This document shows positions 1-9,342 of a stretch of 64,000 nt of DNA, piece by piece. The notes beneath the pieces were generated by a model, which searched no databases, had not been told where the DNA came from, and saw only the letters and a list, made by a program, of their open reading frames with translations. Source of the DNA: an uncultured Rhodobacterales bacterium (GTDB taxonomy: Bacteria; Pseudomonadota; Alphaproteobacteria; Rhodobacterales; Rhodobacteraceae). The stretch spans positions 2,403 through 66,402 of the forward strand of contig CAZYQC010000011.1 in NCBI GenBank assembly GCA_964649815.1, in the 5' to 3' direction. How positions within the stretch are numbered: the stretch's first letter is position 1; each line of letters starts with the position of its first letter. Position numbers and translations under genes: made by a program.

Positions 1-1
1 G

Positions 2-865
2 TTTGCGGCAAATGTGCGTGCGCAGGTGGCAGAACATGTCGGCAAGCTGAAGGCGGATCATGGCATCACGCCCGGGTTGGCGGTGGTCCTCGTGGGCGAG
101 GATCCGGCAAGCCAGGTTTATGTGCGCAACAAAGGCAAACAGACGGTCGAAGTGGGGATGAACTCCATCGAGCATAAGCTGGATGCGAGCACGTCCGAGG
201 CGGATCTGCTGGCGTTGATCGAGCAGTTGAACAACGACCCTGCGGTGCATGGTATCTTGTGCCAGTTGCCTGTCCCAGATCACATCGATGCGGACAAGGT
301 GATCAATTCCATCGACCCGGCAAAAGATGTGGACGGATTTCACATCTCAAACGTTGGCTTGTTGGGGACCGGGCAGAAATCGATGGTGCCGTGCACGCCT
401 TTGGGCTGTTTGATGATGCTGCGGGATCACCACGGATCGCTCAGCGGCATGGACGCTGTGGTGATCGGACGCTCGAACATCGTTGGCAAGCCGATGGCGC
501 AATTGTTGCTGGGCGACAGCTGTACTGTCACGATTGCGCATTCGCGGACCAAAGACCTGGCCGAGACCGTGCGCCGGGCCGATATTGTCGTCGCCGCGGT
601 CGGACGTCCGCAGATGGTTCCAGGCGACTGGATCAAGCCGGGCGCAACGGTCATCGATGTGGGCATCAATCGCATCGAAAAACCGGATGGCGGGACACGC
701 TTGGTTGGCGATGTGGATTACGACAGCTGTGCCGCAGTGGCAGGCGCAATCACGCCTGTTCCGGGTGGCGTTGGCCCGATGACAATCGCCTGTCTTTTGG
801 CCAATACGCTGACGGCGTGCTGTCGTGCCAATGGCTTGGACGAGCCAGAGAACCTGACAGCCTAA
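2..865 (+). CDS. folD: Bifunctional methylene-THF dehydrogenase / methenyl-THF cyclohydrolase; N-terminus (roughly 10 codons) lies upstream of the window
   Basis: Frame open from nt 2. Hallmark FolD blocks: [45 protein letters not shown]. The 'M' at 14 in the ORF track is an in-frame GTG. Confidence 0.9.
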   Translation, partial: FAANVRAQVAEHVGKLKADHGITPGLAVVLVGEDPASQVYVRNKGKQTVEVGMNSIEHKLDASTSEADLLALIEQLNNDPAVHGILCQLPVPDHIDADKVINSIDPAKDVDGFHISNVGLLGTGQKSMVPCTPLGCLMMLRDHHGSLSGMDAVVIGRSNIVGKPMAQLLLGDSCTVTIAHSRTKDLAETVRRADIVVAAVGRPQMVPGDWIKPGATVIDVGINRIEKPDGGTRLVGDVDYDSCAAVAGAITPVPGGVGPMTIACLLANTLTACCRANGLDEPENLTA

Positions 866-903
866 GCCAGTCGCCGGCCGCTTGAATTTCGATAAATCTG
901 GCG

Positions 904-933
904 TGCAACCAAACCTTTACCCGTTTGGTTGCA
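904..933 (+). terminator. Stem-loop downstream of folD (possible U-tract-less terminator)
   Basis: Perfect 11-bp stem tgcaaccaaac (904-914) / gtttggttgca (923-933) with an 8-nt loop, 39 nt after the folD stop. No T-run follows. Confidence 0.3.
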
Positions 934-1096
934 TCGGAAACGATGACACCCTTCCTCCGGGAGCTTTGCTGCGGTCGTGATCAATATACCCGCATAAGGT
1001 GATTTTTGCCTGAATTTTGGTCACGCGCGTTGATTTTGTCATCAGACGGCGGCAACCTTTGCGGCGTAGGGACATACCACATTTCATTGGGTTGTT

Positions 1097-1906
1097 ATGG
1101 TGGACACAGATATGGCGCGGCCACCTGTTGAAGGCGGGCGCGTCAGGAACTTTTTTGCATCTCGATCTGCGATGGAAGTGCGGGTCGCTCTATTGGCTAC
1201 GCTGACGTTGTTCGTCGCGACAATGGGGCCGTTTGGCACCTATGCTGAGGGCAATTTCCCAGACCGTTTGGTCTATTGGACCGTTTCCATCGCGCTGAGC
1301 GTTCTGATCGCGCGCGGTCTGATTGCTGTCCAGCGGCGGCACTTTTCAAAGGTGCGGACCATCTGGCGAGAGACCATGTTATGCGTTGGCATGACGGCGT
1401 TTTACACGCCGGTTCTGACGGTCTGGACGCATCTCTTTTTTCCTGGCGCGCGTGACTTGCCGCCGGCGATCAGCACCTTGGCGGTCTATGTATTGGCCAT
1501 TTGCGCTTGTATTTCGGTCCTGCGCCACGGTGTACCCTATTGGGTCGCGCTGCATTACGGGCTGGAGCGTAAGGAAGACAAAGCGCCAGAGCCGCCACGC
1601 CTTTTGGATCGGCTCGAGCCGGAAAAACGCGCGCCGGTGCAACGCCTTTCTGTCGATGGCCACACGGTGATTGTCGTGATGGATGGCAAGGAAGCGAAGC
1701 TGCGCATGCGCTTTGGCGACGCTGTGCAAGAGATGGAGGTCGTTGACGGCTTTTTGACGCATCGGTCGCATTGGGTGGCGGCATCTGCGGTCAAGACCGT
1801 GCGGATCGGCGCCAAAGGGCGGCCCGAAGTGGTTCTCAAAAGCGGAGATGTCGTGCCGGTGAGCCGCAAGCACGAGGCGGCTTTGCAGGAACGCGGGCTG
1901 TTTTAG
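1097..1906 (+). CDS. Membrane-anchored LytTR-domain DNA-binding protein (no receiver domain)
   Basis: N-terminal half has about 4 hydrophobic segments (e.g. VALLATLTLFVATMGPF, VYWTVSIALSVLIARGLIAV). C-terminal LytTR-like block: RLSVDGHTVIVVMDGKEAKLRMRFGDAVQEM...FLTHRSHWVAASAV...VVLKSGDVVPVSRK. Confidence 0.7.
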   Translation: MVDTDMARPPVEGGRVRNFFASRSAMEVRVALLATLTLFVATMGPFGTYAEGNFPDRLVYWTVSIALSVLIARGLIAVQRRHFSKVRTIWRETMLCVGMTAFYTPVLTVWTHLFFPGARDLPPAISTLAVYVLAICACISVLRHGVPYWVALHYGLERKEDKAPEPPRLLDRLEPEKRAPVQRLSVDGHTVIVVMDGKEAKLRMRFGDAVQEMEVVDGFLTHRSHWVAASAVKTVRIGAKGRPEVVLKSGDVVPVSRKHEAALQERGLF

Positions 1907-1916
1907 GCATCCAGTT

Positions 1917-2609
1917 TCAAGAAAACGCGCGGCGCGGCATGGGGACTTGAACGGGGTAAGGGCCGGTCATGATCGCGACTGCATCAGAGGCCATCAGCGT
2001 AGATAGAACGCGATCGTCGCTGCGCAAACCGCCGGTGTAGGTCCCAAAGGCGGGCATGATCAATCGCTGGCGATCCTTTAGAAACGCAGGCCGCGAGATG
2101 GCGCGCGCGCGGGTAACAAGGGTCGCTTTGGGGTGATAATGGCCGGAGATTTCGGCCGATCCATCCCGCGTCGCAATGTGGCGGAACGTGATCGGGCCAA
2201 GCGAGAGTTCGGCCAGATGTTCGCCGCCAAGGTCCACCGGCCCGGGATCGTGATTGCCTTCGATCCAAATCCACCGGCGCCCCGCTTGTAGGCGCGAAAC
2301 CTCCAGCCGGTCGTCTTCTGACAGGGCTTGGGCCGCGGCAAGATCGTCAAAGCTGTCGCCCAGGCAAATCACCTGTGCCGGTTTTGTCAGATCAATCGCG
2401 TCTGAGAGGCGGCGCAGCGTGTCGCGTGTTTCGTAGGGCGGCAGCTGTGTGCCATGCCGGCGCGCGGTGCGTTCGGTTTTGCAAAGATGTAGGTCCGAGA
2501 CGCAGAGACACCGCTGATCCGGCCAGAACAACGCCCCAGACCCCAAGGCCTGAAACTGTTCACCCGCGAAGTCGAATGCGAAAAAGTTCATGCTTTGTTC
2601 ATTGCGCAC
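1917..2609 (-). CDS. pdeM: Ligase-associated DNA damage response metallophosphoesterase PdeM
   Basis: Calcineurin-like phosphoesterase motifs VSDLHLCK, GDSFDD, GNHD, GHYHP, immediately downstream of the Lhr-like helicase. The start at 2609 is GTG; an ATG at 2591 (MNFFAFDF...) is an alternative. Confidence 0.8.
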   Translation of the reverse strand: MRNEQSMNFFAFDFAGEQFQALGSGALFWPDQRCLCVSDLHLCKTERTARRHGTQLPPYETRDTLRRLSDAIDLTKPAQVICLGDSFDDLAAAQALSEDDRLEVSRLQAGRRWIWIEGNHDPGPVDLGGEHLAELSLGPITFRHIATRDGSAEISGHYHPKATLVTRARAISRPAFLKDRQRLIMPAFGTYTGGLRSDDRVLSTLMASDAVAIMTGPYPVQVPMPRRAFS

Positions 2610-2647
2610 TCAGCCCCCTGGCGCAAGGGGTTTCGACACCGAGAAAC

Positions 2648-5089
2648 CTAGAAGGGGACGCGCCATTCTCGTTTTGGCGGTGTGGCCTCTAGGCCAGCGG
2701 TCGACATCAGGCGCTCGGCCTCTTCCGCCAATAGCTTTTCTTCGGCCAAGCCTTTGATGGGCACGCGCCCCGGTTCAAGAAACAAAGGCGCTGCGAGGGG
2801 GGTGATGCGATCCAGGATGACGTGATCGATGCGGCCTTCGACGCGCGCGGCCATCTCTTCGATGCGACCAAAGTCAACCAAACCGCGCATCGCCTCTTCG
2901 CGGGTGATGTGCAGCATCAGGTGGTCGGGGTCGTATTTCGTGAGCGTGTCGTAGAGGATGTCGGATGAAAACGTGGCTTGGCGCCCGGATTTGCGGGCTT
3001 GGGGTGTGTTGCGCTGGATCAAACCGGCGATCGTTGCCGAGGCGCGGAATGCCTTTTTCATCACCGCATTGCCCGCCAACCAGGTATCGAGCCCGTCGCG
3101 CAGAGCGTCGATTTCAAAAAGCGGCGTCGGGTCGGTGATCGCGTCCAACCCCCAAATCAGGGTCGCGTAATCCGTCGCCACAAACCCCAGCGGGTTCAGA
3201 CCTTCTTCTTCCATGCGCTTGGTCAGCAACAGACCAAGCGTTTGCATCGCGTTGCGCCCGGCAAAGCCATAGACAACCGCGTGCGAGCGGTTGTCATGCG
3301 GAAAGCTCTCGATCAACAGCCGGCCTGGTTCCGGCAGGCGCGAGACCTGCCGTTGCAGCGACAGCCAATCGCTTGTGTGAGCGGGCAGCTCGGGCCAGCT
3401 GGGTTGTTGAAACATGCGCAGGATGCGATTGCTGAGCTGGGTCGATGTGGCGAATTTGGTCCCGAGGAAGGTGGCGATTTTGGGTGGTTTATCTGCGCGG
3501 CGCGTGACCTCGACCGTCATTTCGCGCAGGCCTTCGTAGCGCACAATCTGACCACCGATAAGAAACGTATCGCCGGGGGTGAGCGACGCGGCAAAGCCTT
3601 CTTCGACCTCGCCCAAGGGTTTGCCACCGCGGGCGTTTTTCATCCGTACCTTCAGCGTGTCGGTGTCCTGAATGGTTCCGACATTCATGCGGATCAGCTG
3701 TGCGGCGCGCGGGTCGCGCAATTGCCAGCGGCCGTCTGGGCGCTGCAACAGGCGCTGCCATTGATCGTAGGCGCGCAGCGCATAGCCCCCTGTGGCGCAG
3801 AAATCCAAACAGGCGTCAAATTCGGCCCGCGTCAGATCTGTGTAGGCGCCCACGGTGGTGACTTCGGCGTAGAGTGCGTCGGCATCAAAGGGACCCGCGC
3901 AGGCGGTGATCAGGATGTGCTGGCATAAGACATCCTTTGGTCCCGGACCGGGCGGATCGCCATCAAGATCGCCCGCCAAGACAGCGTCCAACGCGGCGAT
4001 ACACTCGACAACTTCGAACCGGTTGGCGGGCACGAGAAGCGCTTTGGAGGGGGCGTTGTAGCGGTGGTTGGCGCGACCGATCCGCTGGACCAGACGTTTG
4101 ACGTTTTTGGGGGCGCCGATTTGGACGACCAGATCGACATCGCCCCAATCGATGCCAAGATCGAGCGAACCTGTGCAAACGATCGCCCTGAGCGCGCCGT
4201 CGACCATAGCCTGTTCCACCTTTTGCCGCTGGCCCCGGTCGAGAGAGCCGTGGTGAATGCCGATGGGCAGGCCGTCGTCATTGGCAAGCCAAAGGTTATG
4301 AAAAAAGAGCTCGGCCTGGGCGCGGGTGTTGTGGAAGATAAGCGTTGTCTTGTGCTGTTTGACCTGTTCGAGAACCGCCGGGATGGCGTATTTGGCGCCG
4401 CCGCCAGACCAGGGCGGTGCCTCATCCGTTTGCAGCATCGAGATATCCGGGTGCGGGCCGGGATCGGCGAAGAGGATCTCGCAGGGGTCCGGGTTGCGGG
4501 CCAGCAGGCGGGCGATTTGCGCAGGATTTTCGACCGTCGCCGACAAGCCCACGCGGCGCAGATCCGGGCAGAAACTTGAGAGCCGCGCCAAGGCCAGCAT
4601 CAGCTGATCGCCCCGTTTGCTTTCTGCGAGGGCGTGGATTTCGTCGATCACTACGCGTTTGAGGCCCGCAAACATGCGCGGTGCATCTTCGTAAGAGGTC
4701 AACAGCGCAAGGCTTTCGGGTGTGGTCAGCAAGATATGCGGCGGGTCCGCGCGCTGGCGTTTCTTGCGGGTCTGGCTGGTGTCGCCGGTGCGGTCTTCGA
4801 CACGAATGTCGAGCCCCATCTCTTGGATCGGGGTTTGCAAGTTGCGTTTGATGTCAGCCGCCAGCGCCTTGAGCGGCGAGACATAGAGCGTGTGGAGCCC
4901 GTCATGGGGATGGGTGTATAGATCGGTCAGAGTGGGCAGAAAGCCTGCAAGCGTTTTGCCACCGCCGGTGGGTGCGATGAGCAAAAGCGCGGGGTCTTGG
5001 GCGCGGTCGCGCATGGCCTGTTGATGCGGGTGGATGGACCAGCCTTTGGAAGCGAACCAATCGGTGAAGATCTGGGGCAGCGCATGCAT
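2648..5089 (-). CDS. Ligase-associated DNA damage response DEXH-box helicase (Lhr-like)
   Basis: Walker A APTGGGKTL, DEIH box (VVIDEIHAL), helicase C-terminal blocks, long Lhr-type C-terminal extension. The ORF-track start at 5182 is TTG with no SD. The ATG at 5089 (MHALPQIFTDWFASKGW...) fits the usual N-terminus of this family. Start is uncertain. Confidence 0.85.
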   Translation of the reverse strand: MHALPQIFTDWFASKGWSIHPHQQAMRDRAQDPALLLIAPTGGGKTLAGFLPTLTDLYTHPHDGLHTLYVSPLKALAADIKRNLQTPIQEMGLDIRVEDRTGDTSQTRKKRQRADPPHILLTTPESLALLTSYEDAPRMFAGLKRVVIDEIHALAESKRGDQLMLALARLSSFCPDLRRVGLSATVENPAQIARLLARNPDPCEILFADPGPHPDISMLQTDEAPPWSGGGAKYAIPAVLEQVKQHKTTLIFHNTRAQAELFFHNLWLANDDGLPIGIHHGSLDRGQRQKVEQAMVDGALRAIVCTGSLDLGIDWGDVDLVVQIGAPKNVKRLVQRIGRANHRYNAPSKALLVPANRFEVVECIAALDAVLAGDLDGDPPGPGPKDVLCQHILITACAGPFDADALYAEVTTVGAYTDLTRAEFDACLDFCATGGYALRAYDQWQRLLQRPDGRWQLRDPRAAQLIRMNVGTIQDTDTLKVRMKNARGGKPLGEVEEGFAASLTPGDTFLIGGQIVRYEGLREMTVEVTRRADKPPKIATFLGTKFATSTQLSNRILRMFQQPSWPELPAHTSDWLSLQRQVSRLPEPGRLLIESFPHDNRSHAVVYGFAGRNAMQTLGLLLTKRMEEEGLNPLGFVATDYATLIWGLDAITDPTPLFEIDALRDGLDTWLAGNAVMKKAFRASATIAGLIQRNTPQARKSGRQATFSSDILYDTLTKYDPDHLMLHITREEAMRGLVDFGRIEEMAARVEGRIDHVILDRITPLAAPLFLEPGRVPIKGLAEEKLLAEEAERLMSTAGLEATPPKREWRVPF

Positions 5090-5198
5090 AGGCAGGACAT
5101 AGGCGGGCCCTGGGGGATAGGAAAGCCCGGGCGTCGGGATTTCGCGGGGCTCTGCCCCGCACCCCGGAGTATTTTCATCCAAAAGAAGAGGGGGGATG

Positions 5199-5987
5199 TC
5201 AGGGGAGGGGTTTGAGCGTGCTTAGGGTGTCCAAAACGACCTGGGGGAGTGTTGGATCGCTTTGTGCCGGTGCGGCGTCCAATGCGGCGGCGACGTCTTT
5301 GACGAGGATGCCGATGGAATTGTCAGTGGCATATCCGTCGCGGGCGAATTCGATGGCGTCAAAGCCGGAGGCGAACCAGTTTTGCCCTGAGGAGGTTGCG
5401 ATGACCTGTAGCAAGGCGGCCTGATCCAGGCCGGTTTTGCGGGACCAGTCGAGCACGAGGCGTGTCATGGCGGTATGGGAAGCCGCCAGCAGGTTGTTGA
5501 GCACTTTGGCTTGCATGCCTGCGCCGAAGGCGCCCATGCGATGCAGTGTTTTTCCCATCGCGAAAAAGATCGGTTCGAGCGCGTCGATTTCTTCGGTGGT
5601 GCCGCCGACCATGAAGGTGAGTGCGGCGTTTTGCGCGGCGATGGCGGCGCCGGACATTGGCGCGTCGATCAGCCCGATATGGTCAGGCACACGGGCGCGT
5701 AAGGCGCGGGTGTAATTGGGCGACAGAGTGGAGGAGATGATGATCCGATCGAGGCGCGGTGCGGCCGCGACCAGGTTTTGTGCACCAAAGAGGACATCGT
5801 CGGTTTGCGCCTCGTCCCGGACGACCGAGATCAGCGTCGTGATGTCACTGGCAAACGCCCTGATATTGCCGGTGACATGGGCGTCGGCAATCGGGGCCAC
5901 GTCAAAGCCTTGCGCCCGCGCGCCTGCGGCCACAAGTGCCTGCAGCATGGGCAAGCCCATGCGTCCACAGCCTGCGACGCCGATCAT
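5199..5987 (-). CDS. NAD(P)-dependent oxidoreductase, 3-hydroxyisobutyrate/6-phosphogluconate dehydrogenase-like
   Basis: N-terminal Rossmann signature IGVAGCGRMGLPM, HIBADH-like central and C-terminal blocks (DAPMSGAAIAAQNAALTFMVGG, GAGMQAKVLNN). Start ATG overlaps the stop of the upstream AAA+ gene (ATGA at 5984-5987). Confidence 0.75.
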   Translation of the reverse strand: MIGVAGCGRMGLPMLQALVAAGARAQGFDVAPIADAHVTGNIRAFASDITTLISVVRDEAQTDDVLFGAQNLVAAAPRLDRIIISSTLSPNYTRALRARVPDHIGLIDAPMSGAAIAAQNAALTFMVGGTTEEIDALEPIFFAMGKTLHRMGAFGAGMQAKVLNNLLAASHTAMTRLVLDWSRKTGLDQAALLQVIATSSGQNWFASGFDAIEFARDGYATDNSIGILVKDVAAALDAAPAQSDPTLPQVVLDTLSTLKPLP

Positions 5988-7291
5988 TTTACGATATGCT
6001 CGTCTTTGACGAACATGTTCGCCCAGGCCCGGTCGATCAGCTCGGGCGACATTTGGTAGGGGATGCCTTCGAATTCGCAGATCGAGATCATCTGGTCGAT
6101 GAGGAAGATCGGCTGGTAATTGGCGTAGATGCTGTCGATGGTTGGATATTTGACCTTGAGCAGGTGCACCAGGGCGCGTTCATCCAGGGGCATGCCGCGT
6201 TTCTTTGCGACAAGCGCGAAGATCTTGAGGTAGTTTTCCTGATCGGGGCCGTCGATTTTGATCTTGTAGAAGATCCGGCGCAGGGCGGCTTGGTCGAAGA
6301 TCTCGTTGGGGTGAAAGTTCGTTGAAAAGATCACCAGCGTGTCAAACGGCACTTCGAATTTCTCGCCCGATTGCAGGGCGAGAATGTCTTTGCTTTCTTC
6401 CAGCGGGACGATCCAGCGGTTGACCAGGGCCTGTGGCGGCTCGGCCTGGCGGCCGAGGTCGTCGACGATGAAGATGCCGCCGGTTGATTTGAGCTGGAGC
6501 GGGGCCTGGTAGGTGCGGGCGGTCTGGTTGAAGACCAGATCCAGCATGTTGAGCGACAATTCACCGCCGGTGATGACGGTGGGACGCTCGCACAGCACGT
6601 AGCGCGTGTCGAAACGGTTGGCGCGGCGCAAGCTGGTGGGGTCCTGGGCCTCAAGCGCGACCGGGTTGTGCACGATGGGGTCAAAAACGGTGATCACCTG
6701 GCCCGCGTATTCGATGGCGCGCGGCACATAGATATGGTCGCCCATCGCGTCGCGGATCCCGTTGGAGATGGATGATTTACCATTGCCGGGTGGGCCATAC
6801 ATCAGGATCGAGCGGCCCGCAGACACGGCAGGGCCCAGGTTGTCGAGCAAGCTGTCCGGCAGAACCAGGTGGCCCATTGCGGAGGTCAGTTGCTGGCGGG
6901 TGATCTGGATGTTGCGGATGGATTGGCGTTTGACCTGTTCGCTGTAGACCTCGAGCGGGACGGGCATGGCGCCGTAATATTCGGACTGGGCCAGCGCATC
7001 CAAGGCGCGCGCGCGGCCATTGTCGGTTAACTGGTATCCCATCTCGTTGCCATTGTTGGCGTTGAGCGTACCGGTGGCTTCCATCAGCTTTTGATCGCGG
7101 CACAAATCAATGATGCCCTGAACCACTTGTGGCGGCAGGCAGACCGCTTCGGCGATGTCCGACACCATTTCAAGTGATTTGCGGAAGACAGTTTTGAGAA
7201 CGATGTCCCGCATCATCACAACCGGAAGGCGCATCTCCTCCATCCGCTTGGGGGCGGGCGGGGCGACGACGGAGGTGTTCATCATATTCAT
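5984..7291 (-). CDS. AAA+ ATPase with N-terminal winged-helix-like domain, last conserved gene of the tad operon; function unknown
   Basis: Walker A GPPGNGKSS (res 166-174), Walker B-like IFIVDDLG, classical AAA sensor/Arg region VIFSTNFHPNEIFDQAALRRIFYKIKIDGP. Residues about 25-100 resemble a MarR-like wHTH (VSDIAEAVCLPPQVVQGIIDLCRDQKLM...YQLTDNGR). Confidence 0.7.
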   Translation of the reverse strand: MNMMNTSVVAPPAPKRMEEMRLPVVMMRDIVLKTVFRKSLEMVSDIAEAVCLPPQVVQGIIDLCRDQKLMEATGTLNANNGNEMGYQLTDNGRARALDALAQSEYYGAMPVPLEVYSEQVKRQSIRNIQITRQQLTSAMGHLVLPDSLLDNLGPAVSAGRSILMYGPPGNGKSSISNGIRDAMGDHIYVPRAIEYAGQVITVFDPIVHNPVALEAQDPTSLRRANRFDTRYVLCERPTVITGGELSLNMLDLVFNQTARTYQAPLQLKSTGGIFIVDDLGRQAEPPQALVNRWIVPLEESKDILALQSGEKFEVPFDTLVIFSTNFHPNEIFDQAALRRIFYKIKIDGPDQENYLKIFALVAKKRGMPLDERALVHLLKVKYPTIDSIYANYQPIFLIDQMISICEFEGIPYQMSPELIDRAWANMFVKDEHIVK

Positions 7292-7376
7292 AGCGCGCGG
7301 GCCTCAATGTGCTCTTTTCTTTGTGAGCCGCTAATATGCGTTCAAATGGGCCAGAATAAGGCGCGGACGTGGACAA

Positions 7377-7871
7377 TCAACGACCGTAGATCAAGCCCAA
7401 TCCCAGGTAGAGCGCGAGGGTAAAGCCCAAGGCCAGGCCCATTGGAAACTTGCTGCCTTGGTCCCAACTTTGCCAATGCGGCGCGATTTGGCGCAAACCG
7501 GTGTGCTTGGCCAGGCGATGCGCAAGAAAGGCGGCGATCAAGACGGCGGCAAAAAGACCCAGCAAGAGGCGCAGATCGCCCAGTGCGATATAGGGCGCGG
7601 CGGCGGCGATAAACTTGGCGTCGCCGGCCCCCATGACGCCTGCGGCGTTCAAAAGAATGCCAAAAATCAATACGATACCCAAATGGGCGAGGCGCCAAAG
7701 ATAGGTGTCAAACGGCAGGGCGATAAGGCCCAACACGACAAAGAGCCCAGCCAGCACCAAGACAGCCTGGTTGGTGATGCGCATCTCGCGCAGGTCGGTG
7801 AAGGCGACATAAAGGCAGATGGGCAGGGCGAACGGAAAGAACCAGCTGGCCGCAAAACTCGTCAGGTCCAT
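7377..7871 (-). CDS. cpaA: Prepilin peptidase (A24 family) CpaA/TadV
   Basis: Polytopic membrane protein with the two aspartyl motifs (FTDLREMRITN and GAGDAKF). Located in the tad locus. Confidence 0.85.
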   Translation of the reverse strand: MDLTSFAASWFFPFALPICLYVAFTDLREMRITNQAVLVLAGLFVVLGLIALPFDTYLWRLAHLGIVLIFGILLNAAGVMGAGDAKFIAAAAPYIALGDLRLLLGLFAAVLIAAFLAHRLAKHTGLRQIAPHWQSWDQGSKFPMGLALGFTLALYLGLGLIYGR

Positions 7872-7875
7872 CCCG

Positions 7876-8730
7876 TTAGCCGGTCGTGCCGTTTTCCAGC
7901 GCGCGCATGGCGCGGACGGCTGCTTCGAAATGCTGTGGATGGGTGTCGATGGCGTCTTGCAACAGGGCCTTGCCGGTTTTGATGTCGCCTTGCTTGATGG
8001 CCGTCAAAGCAAGGGAATGCAAAAGCTGCGCGCGTTCTGTCTGCTCCATCGGGATAACAGGCAGCGTGTAGTTGCGCTGAGCACCGCGCGCGAGAACGAG
8101 GTTGTTTTTCGCGGTGAAAAGGGCGGGATCCTGGCGGATAGCGTCGCCAAAGAGACGTTCGGCCGCGGCATAATCGCCGCGGGTCAGTTTGGAATAGCCC
8201 CAGTTGTTCAAAACGCCCGCTGGTCTGGTCGTCAGGCCAACGGCGGTTTCGTAAAAACTGTCGGCGCGGCTCCATTCCTTGTTGCTGTCCGCGACCATCG
8301 CTTCGAGCCGGTAGCGTTTGAACGTCTCATGCGTGGGTGGCACGCCGTCGAGCACGGTCTCGGCTCGGGCCCAATCGCCTGAGCGGATCAAAGCATCTGC
8401 GTAATCGACATTGTCGTCGCTGGTCGCGCCATCCATCTTGACCACTTTGGCAAAGGCGGGTGCTGCCTCGGAATAGCGTTTGGCACGGACGAGGCTGGAG
8501 GCGAGCCCACGTCGGTGTTCGATGTTGTTGGGATCATCGGCCAAGGCGCGGTTGAAATAAGACACGGCCTCGTTCGGGTCAGCGACGGTGAGCATGACGT
8601 CATTGAGGTTTGACTCGTCGACGACATTCACGTCCTGAAAGGCGCGTTCAACGGTGGAATTGTTTCCGGAACAAGCCGACAGCGCAATTGCTGCGGTCAA
8701 GCCCGCGATTAGTCCAATGGGATGGCGCAT
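7876..8730 (-). CDS. TPR-repeat lipoprotein (TadD-like)
   Basis: Start moved to the ATG at 8730, giving MRHPIGLIAGLTAAIALSAC (lipobox LSAC). TPR-like repeats follow throughout. This resolves the apparent overlap with the upstream gene. Confidence 0.75.
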   Translation of the reverse strand: MRHPIGLIAGLTAAIALSACSGNNSTVERAFQDVNVVDESNLNDVMLTVADPNEAVSYFNRALADDPNNIEHRRGLASSLVRAKRYSEAAPAFAKVVKMDGATSDDNVDYADALIRSGDWARAETVLDGVPPTHETFKRYRLEAMVADSNKEWSRADSFYETAVGLTTRPAGVLNNWGYSKLTRGDYAAAERLFGDAIRQDPALFTAKNNLVLARGAQRNYTLPVIPMEQTERAQLLHSLALTAIKQGDIKTGKALLQDAIDTHPQHFEAAVRAMRALENGTTG

Positions 8731-8758
8731 GTGCCTGCGTCCTTGTCCTGCTCTGCCT

Positions 8759-9334
8759 TTACAATGCGGACGTTTGAAGGACGAAATCGCCACTGCCGCG
8801 CCGCACCAATTTGTAGTCTTGTTGTTCTTGGGGCTCAGTATTAACAGAATTTTCCGATTTTGCGAGCGCTAAGCGCAAATTGTCCCGGATGAGTGTGCTT
8901 TCCCCGTCATCCAGCGCATAGGCCTTTTGAAAGGTGAGGGTTGCTTCGGCGACGTTGCCTTGCTCCATCAGGACGACTGCGAGATTGTTCCAAATCTCGG
9001 GCCAGGCGTCGTATTCCGCGGTGGCGCGGCGCAAAAGGATCTCGGCCTGGCCCAAACGCCCAAGGCCAAGGTTGGCAGTGCCCAGACCCGACAGGATCTC
9101 GGCATCCATTCCATTGGCCAATGCGGCGCGGTTAAAGGCGCGCAGGGCAAGTTCGTATTCTCCGGCGGCAATCAGGCGGTGGCCAACTTCGACCCCGTCG
9201 ACCGCTTGTTTGCTTGCGTCAACACCAGGTGCAAAGGGGCCGGATTGAGAGGTATCCAACGGTGCGGGGCCGCAGGCACCAACGCCAAGCGCAAGTGCCA
9301 AAAGAAATGCGCCGCGCCGGATATGTGCCTGCAT
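8759..9334 (-). CDS. TPR-repeat lipoprotein (TadD-like)
   Basis: Signal/lipobox LLALALGVGAC, followed by TPR repeats (YELALRAFNRAA, LGLGRLGQAEILLRRA, GNVAEATLTFQKAY). Confidence 0.75.
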   Translation of the reverse strand: MQAHIRRGAFLLALALGVGACGPAPLDTSQSGPFAPGVDASKQAVDGVEVGHRLIAAGEYELALRAFNRAALANGMDAEILSGLGTANLGLGRLGQAEILLRRATAEYDAWPEIWNNLAVVLMEQGNVAEATLTFQKAYALDDGESTLIRDNLRLALAKSENSVNTEPQEQQDYKLVRRGSGDFVLQTSAL

Positions 9335-9342
9335 GATGCCCC

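Noticed and set aside
5090-5182. 31-codon N-terminal extension of the Lhr-like helicase
   Set aside because: It starts at a TTG with no SD and adds a Pro/Gly-rich segment not typical of the family. The ATG at 5089 gives the usual ...LPxxFxxWFxxKGW N-terminus. I kept this as an uncertainty rather than a feature.
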